A stretch of DNA of 64,000 nucleotides from Lobosporangium transversale (GCF_002105155.1 NW_019028995.1:248001-312000), one strand, 5' to 3'; shown: positions 27,839-40,710, counted from the first letter of the stretch. The notes: generated by a model from the sequence alone, not told the origin. Numbers and translations are program-made.

Positions 27839-29589
27839 ATGGCGTCTACAAATATCTTTGACCTTCTCAACGACGACGCTCAGGATCAGGAGATCCAGGT
27901 CCCCGCCGTCAAGAAGGAAGTCAAGTCTGCTGCCAAGCCCGCTGCCAAGCCCGCTGCTGGCGCCGCCAGGACTGCTGACAACAAGGCTCCTCGCAAGGAT
28001 GGTGCCCGTGGTGGCAAGCCCAGAGACGGCGATGACCGTGGTAAGCAAACGCAATTGTCAGGAAAGTTTTCAGCTCGTGTTTCAGGAGGGCTCCATCAGT
28101 CCAACTTTCAGGAATTGATGGATGCAAAGTTACTGAGGAAAAAAGAAACACGTTATTCACCATTGCACCTACGAACAAAGTACTTCGGGCCTTAATCGAC
28201 ACCATCAACCCGGGACAGCTGAAAAATACAACAGATGTATAAACATCTTAGGTGGAACCTTTGATCTCTAGCTGTCGATCCGTCTGGACAGAAGTTTGTG
28301 TCTCCATTCATTTAGGATCAGCTTATTTGCGATGCAAAAAAAAAATCCGGAGCACTAAAGGGTGTATAAAGAGAAGAGTTGTCGTTCCCTTAACAGCGCT
28401 TCATCTATAAAGTAGTCATTATCAGTTGATACTTAGTGCCCTTTTGGTTGTATTTTGAGGCAAGCAGGACATTAATGCATCAACTCCAATCATTTCAGCG
28501 CATGGATATCAGGATGAGATAGATTTGCTCAATTGCTATCAAGCACTTTCTTTTAAAGATGTCTCGTCAATTGATGCTTACCTGAGTATATAACCAGGAA
28601 TTCAGGAATGGCATAGTAGTGGGCTTTTCAGCTGGTTTCCGGTTGATATTCGTATTAACCACACCAGAGCTATAAGTGATTAATATTGATCCGCTTTTTT
28701 TATTGTATTTTTTAAAACCGCCCATTAAGCTCCTCGCGGACCCCGCTTCGACCGCGTTGACCGTGCACCTCGCGATGGCACCACTCCCCGTAACCGCGGC
28801 CCACGTCCTTCCCGCGGCGGTCGCCACGGTGGTTTTGACCGCCACTCCGGTACCGGTATCGTCGATAGCGAGAACAAGGAGAACAACCGCTTAGGTGATC
28901 CCACTGAGTCCTCCCTCGAGGCTGAGAAGGACGCCGCTTTGTAAGTTCACTGATTAGGGGAAGTTCAGGATCACGCTTCCTAACAATTATTCGTCAATGC
29001 AATTACGAACGTTTGAAGACGAATCTTGGAAAGTTTTCAAAATCATCATTTTCTTTTAGGATATTGTCTAATTTTTGATTTTTTTTTTCTTCTCTTTTAT
29101 GCAACAAGGGTCGCCGAGACTCCTGTTGCTGAGCCCGAGCCCGTTGAGCCAGAGGTCGTTGTCAAGACTCTTGATGACTACTTGGCCGAGAAGGCTGCTA
29201 AGTCTGTCAAGCTCTCCCTTCCCCAGACCCGTGCCGCCAATGCCGGTGCTGATGACTCTCAATGGAAAGATGCCCGTGTCCTTGAGGTCGAGGAGGCTGA
29301 AGACTTTATCAAGATGGGCAAGGGCTCTGAACCCAAGACCCGTAAGGGTAAGAAGGAGGGCAAGGTTTTGTTCACTGACATTGACATCCGCTACACTGAG
29401 CCTTCTCGTGAACAGTCCTCTTCCCCCCGCGGCGGCTTCCGTGGTGGCCGTGGTGGTGACCGCGGTGCCCGTGGTTCTCGTGGTGCCCGTGGCGGCAACA
29501 ACTCTCCGGTTCCTCGTCGTGGTGGTTCCCGTGGTACTGCCGTCAATGTTGACGACCAGGAGGTCTTCCCTAGCCTTGGCTCCAAGTAA
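27839..29589 (+). CDS. STM1: Stm1/SERBP1 (HABP4/PAI-RBP1 family) ribosome-hibernation RNA-binding protein; 3 exons
   Basis: Exons 27839-28040, 28730-28940, 29109-29589. MASTNIFDLL, FDRHSGTG, KTLDDYLAEK, RGG boxes, terminal VDDQEVFPSLG; strong C-ending codon bias. Confidence 0.93.
28041..28729 (+). ncRNA. Candidate structured RNA element in Stm1 intron 1 (class unknown)
   Basis: Multiple nested complementary helices, a possible pseudoknot and a UUCG-capped hairpin seen by eye; no family motif confidently matched. Confidence 0.45.
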
Positions 29590-32500
29590 ACGCCTAGACA
29601 TAAAGAAGAAAGATGTTTTTGACAATATTATTAAACAAAGCAGCTTGTTATAACCAAAAAAAAAAAAAAATAACAAAGAAGAGCAATGTACACAGTTTGT
29701 CTTTTACTGTTGTTATTACCATCATCCTTATTTTCATTTTGCGACAGAGTGACACTCCATGAAGAAGGGAGGAGAAAGCAATGGTATTTTATATATGCAT
29801 TTAGACAGTGATCGCAGAACTGAAAAATTCCATAGTATTCACTAATTGATGTCTAATCAAGGGCTCTTCGTTGATCTACAGGCCTGCCCTCGAAATCGTG
29901 GCAAGCAGGTATAATACATATATAATATATCCTATACTAACAATCCCTAAGTGAGATGTTGTTTGGAGCCAACAGTAAGCGACCCCATTTAGTGGTTTGC
30001 ATCTTGAGCCACACTTTTTCCTTGCTGATTTGCCAAAAACAATGGTGGTCTACATGTTCAGTACATGTACGGTATACTGAATAGGTTAAAAATAATAAAT
30101 GTATAACATATTCATTGCTGATCTGTAAGTACAGCAGAATTTATTCTGTTCATTTTGTTTTCTTTTGAGCTGTTTGCATGTGAGAGAGCGCGAAAGAAAA
30201 AGAAGACTTCAAAAAGTGCAGAACAAACTTCTGTTGGTATATTTAGATAATGCAAATATTTGGATATATACAGGATAATGTTTTTTTTTTTTTTTTTTTT
30301 TTTTAAAAGTTGTGTTTCTGAGAATGTATAGACATATATATCTATACTGAACAGAGCACTCATTCATAAGCGCAGTTGCTGCATGTGGAGGAATGGGTAT
30401 TTTGCTTGTTTGTAGTTCTTGAGCCATAATGGTAACACGATCACTAAGCAAGAATAAAGATTTTATTTTTTATTTTATTTTTTTGATGACAAAAGGACTC
30501 TCAAAGTCATGGGATATATTTACTACATCCTATGGATAGTATGCCGCAGACATAGGCAAGAATGTTTGTTTTGCGAGATAAAAAAAAAAAAAGAATAAAA
30601 TAAAGTATTGTGTTGTGCACCGGTTTTTTTTTTGAGAGAGAGAGACTTGAGCATCAAGGCTCCGAACCAGAGTTAATGGTCTTCTTTCTTTCTATTAAGT
30701 TTATTTTACATTTTACATTTGCTTTTTTAGCTTAATTCTCCCTTGCCATCATCTATCCTACCCAAGGTTCAATGGCGGGATATATGCTTGAAAACACTGG
30801 TTTCTTATTTGTATAAATGTGTATTATTGATAGTGACAAACAAACAGCATTGTTGTTATTGTTGATGAATACATGTCATCGGAAATGTACGTTTGGTCCG
30901 TGTGGTGTAATCGCGTATACTTTAGAGAAATATGGCACAGGGGCATGGAATCATCTCCTTTCATGCTCTAACGACTTCGTTTATTTAATATGATTGATGT
31001 TATGGGGATTTTTACAAGGGTTATAGAGCATCCCGATACTTCATGTTCCGGACATTATTTTATGAAAAACTTTTGTCTCTTTCCTTGTTTTCTCTCTCCG
31101 TTCCTTTGTGCTTATTTGGTTAAAAGAAGAAAATGAAGTGTAAATGTTCGGATATGCATGTGAGCCACAATTCTATGCATCCTAGCAAGAATCCCACGCA
31201 CGCGTCCAGAAAACCTTTTTGTTGTGGCGCGCGTTTTCTTTTCAGTGTGGCTTCGATTGATGAATAATACACCAAAATTAAATATTAGCTAATGCTTTAA
31301 ACAACAAAATCTTTTTTAATTAATGCTCAAATACAATAAATACAATAAAAAAAATTAAAAAAAAAAAAGTTCTGTATTCGATTATTCGATTTCCTTTGTG
31401 TCTTTCTCTCTCCCTCTCGTTTTTCACACACATGCACACACACGCTTCTCTCTTTGTCTTTTTTTCCATTTCGCAAGAGACATCGGCTTGAGGATACAAA
31501 TCAGAACATTTGTGGACAACCTTGGATTCTTTTCACATATTTTTTTGTTATTAATAGTTTATCCCGCAGTCTTTGTAATCATGAGATAGATAGATTCGAT
31601 CATGTAGCGCGCACAATCCCTTATTGACAAGGCTGCACATGTATATATCAGTCTTGGAGCTCGTACTTGGGTACCAAGATAAATTAAAAAAAAGAAAGAT
31701 CAGAATTTAATATTTTTGCTCCTCTCAAGGCACCTAAAAGTACCTTTTGATCTGCCAAAGAAAGCGCGCCAAAGCTTTCTGTTCTCATCACAAAAAAAAA
31801 AAAAAAAAAAAAAAGAAAGGAAAAAGAAAAACACATGTAGACATTTGTAAAACGTTTTCCAATAAACGGATGTAGACGTGAAATTGGGCGCTATCAACAA
31901 TAAGGATTTATAGTAAACAGTAGGTTTTTATTATTTATTTTTTTTTTTTGTGTACAATATTATGAACAATAAATGTTAATGTTTTCATGCATTTTTCTCT
32001 TCCCCTCTCTCGATCAGCAAATGAATTGAGCACCGGCTCTCAGGACCTACTCAATCAACTCTTACTTTAAAAAACACAATATCAGGCCACATCCCTTGTT
32101 TTCCATTGCCTTTTTCATTTTCAACACACATGTTCGTATACAACTGACAATTGTAAAAAAAAAAAAAAAAATTCGCCTCCAAAACTCAATCAATTGGCTC
32201 TTGCTGTGCTACTAATGTTGAACCTCCCAAGTGTAAAAAATTATAAAATATTGAGTAAAAAATAAAAAATGATCTTTTTTTTTTTTTTTTATAGTACACA
32301 ATCTCTGTCTTCAAAATGTGGGAGAATATGGAATACCTCAACTCAACGACAGATGGAAACATTTAGGTACATGGATATACTACGGCATGTATACATTTCA
32401 AGTGAGGGTCCTTTTTTTATTTTTTATTTTATTTTATTTTTTTAATATATATATATATATGTATAATATTATATAAAAACATGGTGGATGAAAGGAACTG

Positions 32501-33283
32501 CCTTACCTAAATTGCGATTAAACTTTTTCTTTATTTTCTTCGGAGGAAACTTACTGCACCATTGCATTTGTTTAAACATTTGGCCTTGCTCTCACAGTGT
32601 ATATACGACCTATAAATCTTTTTCATTACAAACACAGAGTTCTGTTGTTGATAAAACTCTCTCATGAATGTCTTCTTGCTGAAGCACCCAGTAAACAATA
32701 GGCATGATCCACGGTATGAACAAAATATTAACGGCGTGCATTACAGAGGAGAGATAGTAACCTATTCCCCTCACTTTCTTCTATTCTCTTGATAGACCAT
32801 CAAATAGATGTTGCGATCGAAACTTTTGTTTGTGTTTGTATCAGTTTGTATAGACATGCTCCACTTGCCCATTGGGGCATTCATCCATTTATACAGGCTT
32901 ATTCATTTTGCCTCGTCCTGCCACACATGTACGACATAAAGTTGTACTTTGAAGAAAGCGCATCAATGATCGATATGCTCCCATCAAAAAAAAAAAAAAG
33001 TATAACCTTGGCATATACTTTTACACTTATACAACATATACATACAGATAAATATATAATTATTGAATAATGTTTGGTTTGCTACCTTTTGTTTATGAAG
33101 CCATTTTTTGGGAAGGTGCACGACCATGTTGTCTTAAATGTTGTTGTGAATAATTGAGTTGCAAGAGGGAGACGCGGTTTTGCACGTCACCTCTGAGAAT
33201 CAAATTAAAGTATTGAATTAAAGATGTTAAAATGTATCTAATTATTATTATTGTAATTTTATTATTTTATACTATTGTTTTTA

Positions 33284-33354
33284 TCATTATCATTATCATT
33301 ATCATTGTCATTATCATTATCGTTGTCATTATTATTATTATTATTATTATTATT
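33284..33354. repeat. (ATCATT)/(ATT) microsatellite
   Basis: Seen directly. Confidence 0.9.
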
Positions 33355-33449
33355 TGGGAGTGGGGCACTGTAAAAAGAAATACACACACATACACATTTA
33401 CACACACGAAAAGGAGCTTTTTTAACTGACGGGCTGTAAATGAGCACTG

Positions 33450-35801
33450 GAGATTGCTCTTTGAATCGTTCTTTTCCTCTGTCTTTGCGCTCTGGTCTTT
33501 TCTGCTCTTTTTTCCCTTCTTTTCTTCGCTAACCTTTTCTACCTTTTCCTCCTATTTCTTTTCCCTATTCAATCAACGTCCACTATATTCATCCATCTCA
33601 CACATTATCTCTTCTCTGACTCCTCTTTGGACTCGAGTTTCTTACCTCCTCTTCCTCCGATACACGCTCCACCTTCCTATCCTCCTATCCTCCTATCCTC
33701 CTCGGCTTCAGGAAGACCATCTAATCCTCAACTCCAAATCCATCAGAACTAATAATCTATCCTAGCCTCTCCCCCCCCCCCCCCCAATATTAATTCCTAG
33801 ATGTTTTAATACTTAATAGAATCCCTCTACAGTAGTTCTTCACTCAGCACTTGTTCGGTTCTTTTTAATCCATTCCCCTCTGGTACAACTGTCTTTTTTT
33901 TTTCTTTTTGACACTATAATCATTGACCTCTTACTGGACTACACAACAGCAATCGACTGGAGGGAAATCGATCAATCCAGGTAGGAATGAATATCAGTAC
34001 ATCTTCATTCATATGATTCTGGATGAGTACAAAGAGGGGCACCATTTATCTCGAGATCAGAAAAAAAAAAAAAGAAAGAGCGGGTCATGTTGATTATCCA
34101 TTTCCCCTCTGTTTTCATTTTTTTTTTTTTTTTTTTTTTGTGGAGTGAAAAGATAATGGGAAATAGAGTGGATAGAATGGGGAAGTGACAAAAACGTTAA
34201 ATGCAATGTTTTTTTTTTGTTTGCCCAACAAACAGAATCTAATTATTATTGGCATTGAAATTATTACCTTGAAACAATTAACCTTCTTCCGAATTTGAAA
34301 GAAAAAAAAAAAAAAAAAAAAAAAGGTGCTTTAATATATATATATATGCTTGATGAAAAGGATCAGATAATTGCAATTTATCTAAATGGTAACCATTGAT
34401 TGCCTACTCGTGAGCATTGGTCCAGACAATGGGATACTCAAAGCTTCATGCTTAAAGAAAAAAGGAAAAAAAAAAAAAAAAAACCGATTCTGTGCTTATG
34501 CATTTTAAAATGTTGGTGTACGACAATCCAATGAATAGGCGTGTAAATCAACCTTCTCTATCTTTTCTCATTTTCAAATGTTGTCGTCAGAGAGAAGGTA
34601 TCCATCTTCATCTCCATCATTCATTCATTCTTTTGTTATCTTTTGTGCTATACGTGAAGAATTAATTTAGGAGAATGATGCATGATGCTTTTGTCTGTTG
34701 ATACTTTGATCTGATGCAACAATGAGATAAATATAAAAAAAAGGACAAGGCCCCTTTCTTCGTTGTTTATTCTCTGATCATGAAAGTCTGCCTATAAAAA
34801 AAGGAAAAAAGTAACATGCAGGGGTGCAAAAGGAAAAAAAAAAAAAATGCTTGAACACCAGAGAGAGAGGAGAGAAAAACCAGACAACCATAATTTTTGA
34901 GTCTGGGATCTCAGATCAGGGTTCAACGGAAAAATTGTAATCAGCGATTATATTAATTGCATTATGATGTTCCTTACAGAGCCATAGCGCTTTGTGCATT
35001 TCTTAAGCAGCTCAATTGCGATGGTTCATTACCATCATTTGTCACATTTTAGGAGTACAACAGATCTACTTTTTTTTTATTGTAATATCCTACGCCAACA
35101 GCTCTCCCCTCCCTCTTCCTCTCTCTTCATTTCTCTACCTCTCCCACACTTTGCCCATTCATTCATTTGACATCCATTTCTCTTTTTATTATTGCTTCCT
35201 TTTTAGTCCTATCTAACGATCGATTGGATTGTTCCTCTTTTCTTTCTCTCTCTCAATAGAAACATTCGCATTATACCCGCTCACCAGAGTCCACGTCCAT
35301 TTGAGTACTCTCCTCCCAATTCCAGGTAAATGAAATGACCAATCTAGTCCTGTCACCAAACAAAATGCAGAGAGCCTCATGTCTATACCTTCTCTTCACA
35401 CAACTTGTCACATTCCTGCTCGTCTTGCTCTCTCCCTCTAATCTTCCATCGCCTTATTCTCAACGTTACTTGTAATGGTTTTTTATATGGCGCATCTCAT
35501 TGATACTGGCTCATTAAATTGATGAAATAATTGTAAACAAATTTTGTCCAGACCACTCTTTTGTGTAAATTATTTATACATTTTTGTATTCGCCATCCAT
35601 ATCCATCCATATCCATCCATCTTTTTTTTTTTTTTTTTTTTGAGAACCCCTGAAACACGAACCCATCATTGACACACTTGCATTAACCTTCACTTTGTAC
35701 ATGTGTTTACATGTTGCCATGAACAAAACATTCAACTTATTGCTTATTATCTACTTGATCAACACATCAACACAAAAAGAAAAAAAACAAAAGTCTGCAA
35801 A
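33450..35801 (+). other. Probable long 5' leader with two introns for the gene at 35802
   Basis: CT-rich region from about 33450; donor CAG|GTAGGA at 33981; acceptor after pyrimidine tract at 35259; donor CAG|GTAAAT at 35327; last acceptor uncertain. Confidence 0.5.
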
Positions 35802-37671
35802 ATGAATCGATCCAATAGTCACGCCTCAACGATGCATGCTCATCCACACTCATATCATGAACAGCAGTCATCACCACAGCAACATCAACATCACCAACAG
35901 CAGCATCATCAATATCAAAACCAGCAACAACAGTACCAGCGCGAGTACATGGATCAAGAAGCACCCTCTTCATATCAAAGACCGATGAACCCTCCACAAG
36001 ACGGACAAAGCATTCAGTACCGGCCATCCAGTTCTCATCAACAAAGCATGCGTTCTCAGCAGCAGCAGCCACATCATGGGCATGATCAAGAGCGACAGCA
36101 GAACCATTCGCAACCACCATACCAATCATCCCAGTCTCGGTCCCATACATCTCAGCATCATCATCTACATTCACCTTCATCCAAGACTGATGATCAATCA
36201 CAGCATCTTCCAGGCCGCTACCCTGCTAATATACCTGTTATTCAATCCTCTGATCCATCCTTCACACGACGCCCTCACTCGCGTTCCTTTTCTTCCAACT
36301 CACCCTCCCATCCATATCCACAATACACGACGCCTGGCTCATCTTCACACTATCAGCAGTCGTATCAACCACGCTTACACCATAGTGCTTCTGCAGGTCA
36401 TCTTCCAGCAGCGGGACATCGCTCCGCTCCCGTTACTGTAAGTGCAGCCCCAGGAATGAAGCAAACAGGAAATGCAGCAGGAACGGCTCCTCCAAAGAGG
36501 AAAGATCCATACGCAACTGCCTGGCGAACATATTCTAAAATTGCAGAGGAGCTTAACTTGCTGAATCCAGATGGAACGCTGTACCCAATCTCAAAGGAAG
36601 CCATTCTAAAGTATTTACATCACCAGTCCAAGAGGATCAAATCCAGCAATCTTCATTGGTACGTTAATGGACTCAAGAAGCATCAAGAAAACCTGGGCTT
36701 TGCATGGGACGATGTCCGGTATGACGAACAAGTCGTGGCGTTGTTGAAAGAACTCACACTGCATCCAGTTCCTATTGAGAGCAATGGTGGTGCTGGTGGC
36801 AATTTTGGATACCATCCAAGCCATCATATCCGTCCCTCTACATCCGCGCCTATCGATACATCCAAGATTGCAAGCTTATCAATCACCAGCAGCTCGAATC
36901 CATCGCCACACTACTCTCAGCAGCAGCAGCACCACCACCACCACCACTACCAACAACAACAGAGCTACTCTGCCTCGTTCACTGTCGGATCGAAGAAACA
37001 TCAAAACCAATATGAAGACCCTCCACCCCCATCACACAGCCAGAGGCAACAGCACCATTTATATTCTGAGCGGCCTCAACCTCAAGCTCCTCACGAGTCC
37101 AGTAGGGCCTCGTCTTTTCACTCAGCCCCTGTACAGCTACCATCGCACCACATGCAGGAGGATCGTTCAATTGTTGATACACCTCAAACACGATACAAAG
37201 GCCATTCCCATACCCTAAGCGAGGTTTCTCCAGTCACCTCTACAAGTACAACAAGCTCGCCAATGTCAAGCTCAGAGATTCAGCTTGCACAGCAATCACC
37301 ACCATCAATGTCGAATGGGTCCAATGTCAAACGGAAGAGATATGAGCTTAATTCTGAACGAGCAGGTAGGAAACATATTGTTGGACTTGGATTTTTTTTT
37401 TTTCTAATGCTAATCTTTTATAAATATTCCTACGAGCTTAGCTCGACTCGTATCCCCAACGAGCCTCGAAGGCGATGGACTTGAAGACCATGAACGTGGC
37501 ACAAGAGACGCTGATGAGCTGGATGTCGATACCCTTGAAGATATGGATGAGGATCACCGAGAGCGCGTAGCGTTGAAGCGACATGCTTCCACAGGTACCT
37601 TGCGTATTCAAGTCAAAGGATCAGCGGTAAGTCAACGCTTAAGCTACCACACACACGCATAAGCACACGTC

Positions 37672-37706
<35 letters not shown>

Positions 37707-39917
37707 TATTTCGAAATATAGGGTACGGACAGAAGGAATATGCTGTTGACGAAAGGCGAACAAAACTATTATTATTACTAATTTTTTTTTTTTTTTTATA
37801 CTCTTTGCTTGAAAAAGTTGGATCCTATGCCTTCTGATGCCCATTTGTATCAACGACAAAGCGAATCGAGCCATCGAGAGTATCCTGTCACAACACCATC
37901 TCCCGGCCCTCGTGAGAATGAGGCTGGTGGCCATTTCCGCTGGGGTAGCTCAGACGCATATCTTCAGAGCCGACTTTCGCCTCCAGGATCCATTTCATCA
38001 ATAGGTTCAACCTCTCCTGCTAGCCGAGGAGCGACAGGAAACTCCTCTGTAACTAGCCAGCGTCACCGGAGGGCAAACGGAGTGGTGTCGTCGCCTATAA
38101 CTAGCCCAGCTGTCTCAGGCACTATTCCTCCGGTGCCACAACATATTTCAAATAGCGGCAATGGCAATAACAAGACTACTGTCCAGTTCTCGGAAGTAGT
38201 CGAGTATGCACAGCAGTTGCAGACCAAGTATGGAAGTAGGTGCCGTAAACACCCGTGGGGTTGTGTAGTATTGGCGGAGGACTATCATCTGGAGCTGACG
38301 ATCAAAATGTATATGGACTGGGCTGGCCTAGTCGTAAGTAGATGGAATATCATCCAAGTGTGCACGAACATGCTTCTTGTCCAATATTTTTATATTAACA
38401 CGACTTTTTTGATGTGGCAAAATCTTGAAATTTAGGCAAGTGGTCGTCTTTCAATGGATGAGGTTCCTGACCTACCAGAATTCAGACGACCGAACGACAT
38501 TGGAGGCATCGGGGGCGATGAGGCATCATCTTCGCCCATTTCGCCTACACCTGGGCAGTCCACTGTAGCCAGTGGTACCCTGAAGCGAATGACATCCACT
38601 CCACTTACGGCGTCGTTTGGGTCATTTTCTCTGCTACATCAGCAGCCTACGTCCCCACCTCTTAAGAGCGAAGAGCAGTTCACTTTTGGGCGGATGAGCT
38701 CTTCACCCCAGCAGCAGAGACATCATTCACCTTCTTCATCTCCCCCTCCCATCTTCGGCCAGAGTCCCAAGAGAGAGGGACATATCAGCGATAGTCTAAT
38801 GAGTCGTATCGGTAGCCCCCCACCCCAGCACTCGATGCTATCGCCCCTTGCCTCCAAGCAGCCGCTCACTATTAGTATCAATAGTAGTGCTGGTAATGGA
38901 TCGTCAGATTCTCGCCAAGGGGCAGGCGCGAATCCTCCTTCGCCCCTCCCTAGCTCTGATAGTCGAGCCCAATCACGTAAAATAGTTAGTAGCCCTAGTC
39001 TAGGTCAATACTCCTTGCATTGTCAGTCTGAGCAAGAAACCACCTATGCATCCGACCTTCAAGCACCCCCTTTGCCTGATCCCGGAAAGAGTCGCCTCGG
39101 AGGAGCAGGCTCAGCTCTGCTGTTTAACTCTGTCGAGCCATTCTCTCCATCGGAAGAAGACATGGAGATGTCTGGGGATGAAGATCGAGGTGTGCGGGAG
39201 CGTACCTCTAGAGCACCTGCCCAAAGCCATGATGCTGGACATCAGGAGCATAAAGGCAATAGTTGTGATCGCGAGGCAGATACCGCGGCTATGGAAGAAG
39301 AGGAAAATGAGCATGTGCATGATCTAAGACAGCAAGTCTCGTTCCAGCACAAGCAGCAGCGCGCACATGGAACCTTCACACTTGCTGAACAAGACGAACT
39401 GGAAGATGACGGACAGAGAGCATCCTTGGCATCTGAAGGATCAAGGATATTAAAGGAAAGAGGGCCTCTAACAGGTGAAACACGTCATATGGAGCCAGAT
39501 GCGCGTCATTTTAGGCCTAGGAATCCATCGTACGAGGTGAATGATGCTATATATGAGTACCCAGTCCCCAGACCCCGTGCATTTCGTAGGGAGAGTCGAG
39601 GCGAGAGGCCTAGAGGTGGTGTCTATACGAATAGTGACGATGTCGATGGTATGGGCCGAGCTGAAGATCATGATAGGGTAGAAGAAGTTCGAATGGGAAT
39701 CAAGAGCTTGCAGTCGTCCCTGTCACAGAAGGGCATAATAGTGAACGAACCCCTTACAAACTCTAATGATGATCCGATAACGACAGCGGAGGTGTCTATG
39801 CTGCCGAGCCTTCAGCAGCATGAACAAGAGCAGCATCAGCAGCAAAAGCCTAGGCAGCAATCACACCTAGATCAACAGGTAAACGGCGATGAAGATTCAT
39901 CCATGGTGGAGCCCTAG
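35802..39917 (+). CDS. Large Gln/His/Ser-rich protein with tyrosine-recombinase core-binding-like domain and C-H-C-H putative zinc module; 4 exons
   Basis: Exons 35802-37365, 37442-37626, 37818-38333, 38436-39917 join in frame; two ordered islands within low-complexity sequence; KRK/KRKR basic NLS-like motifs. Confidence 0.85.
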
Positions 39918-40366
39918 TATGAAGGGTACGAACGAGAAGCAACACGCACACAAAAAAAAAAAAAAAAAAAAAAACGCGACTGGAATAAAAAAAAGACAAA
40001 CACAACCAATACGATACTGCCGCGGAAAACACAACAACAGCAACGAGGAAAAAAAAAAAAAAAAAAAAAAAAAAGAACCCCTACTTTTTTATGAGTTTTG
40101 CAGACTGGGTAACAGAACTGCTCGAGATGATTGCTTTTTTAACGACTTGTAATGAAATACATTAAAATCTTATGAATGAAACTGAATAAAGTAACGAAAA
40201 TTACGTGAATCTCATAGATCAACAAGTTTATCATCTCTGCACCACCCAGTGGTCAAAGAAAAAAAGAAAAAAAAAAAAGAAAAAGACCACATCGTATCAT
40301 TTCTATCAATTTGATCTAGACTAGACCAGAAAGAGCATTGTGTCCATCAAGTATATATATATATAC

Positions 40367-40397
<31 letters not shown>

Positions 40398-40710
40398 CTG
40401 TATAGTGCATATTATTACCTATCATGCGTAGAGCTCAAATAGTTGATTCACCACCACTAGTGCCTTGTTTAAGTACTAAAGGCGTTCAAGGAAGGAAATC
40501 TTTCTCCCCTGAGAGAATGACAGAGAAAACTCATCAACATCGCAGTTTTTTTTTTCTTGTTTCCTCATCTGAAGCTTGCTTTTCCTGGTCTAAAGCTTGC
40601 TTTTTCTCCTGATCCTTTCCAAACTGTTCAGAAATGAGGGTATTGATGCATAAGTTGTGATTGATACAAAAGGTTAAAAGTGTTAAGCGAGCAGCTCCTA
40701 CAGTTCCTGC

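Noticed and set aside
28041..28729. Stm1 intron 1 as telomerase RNA, RNase P/MRP, U3 or snR30/U17
   Set aside because: No CTAACCC-type template, no matching P4 strand pair, no complete U3 box A and no m1/m2 motifs found; left as unclassified structured RNA
28727..28729. AAG acceptors as a Stm1-specific oddity
   Set aside because: AAG acceptors also occur at 37817 and 51889, so they are not unique to this gene
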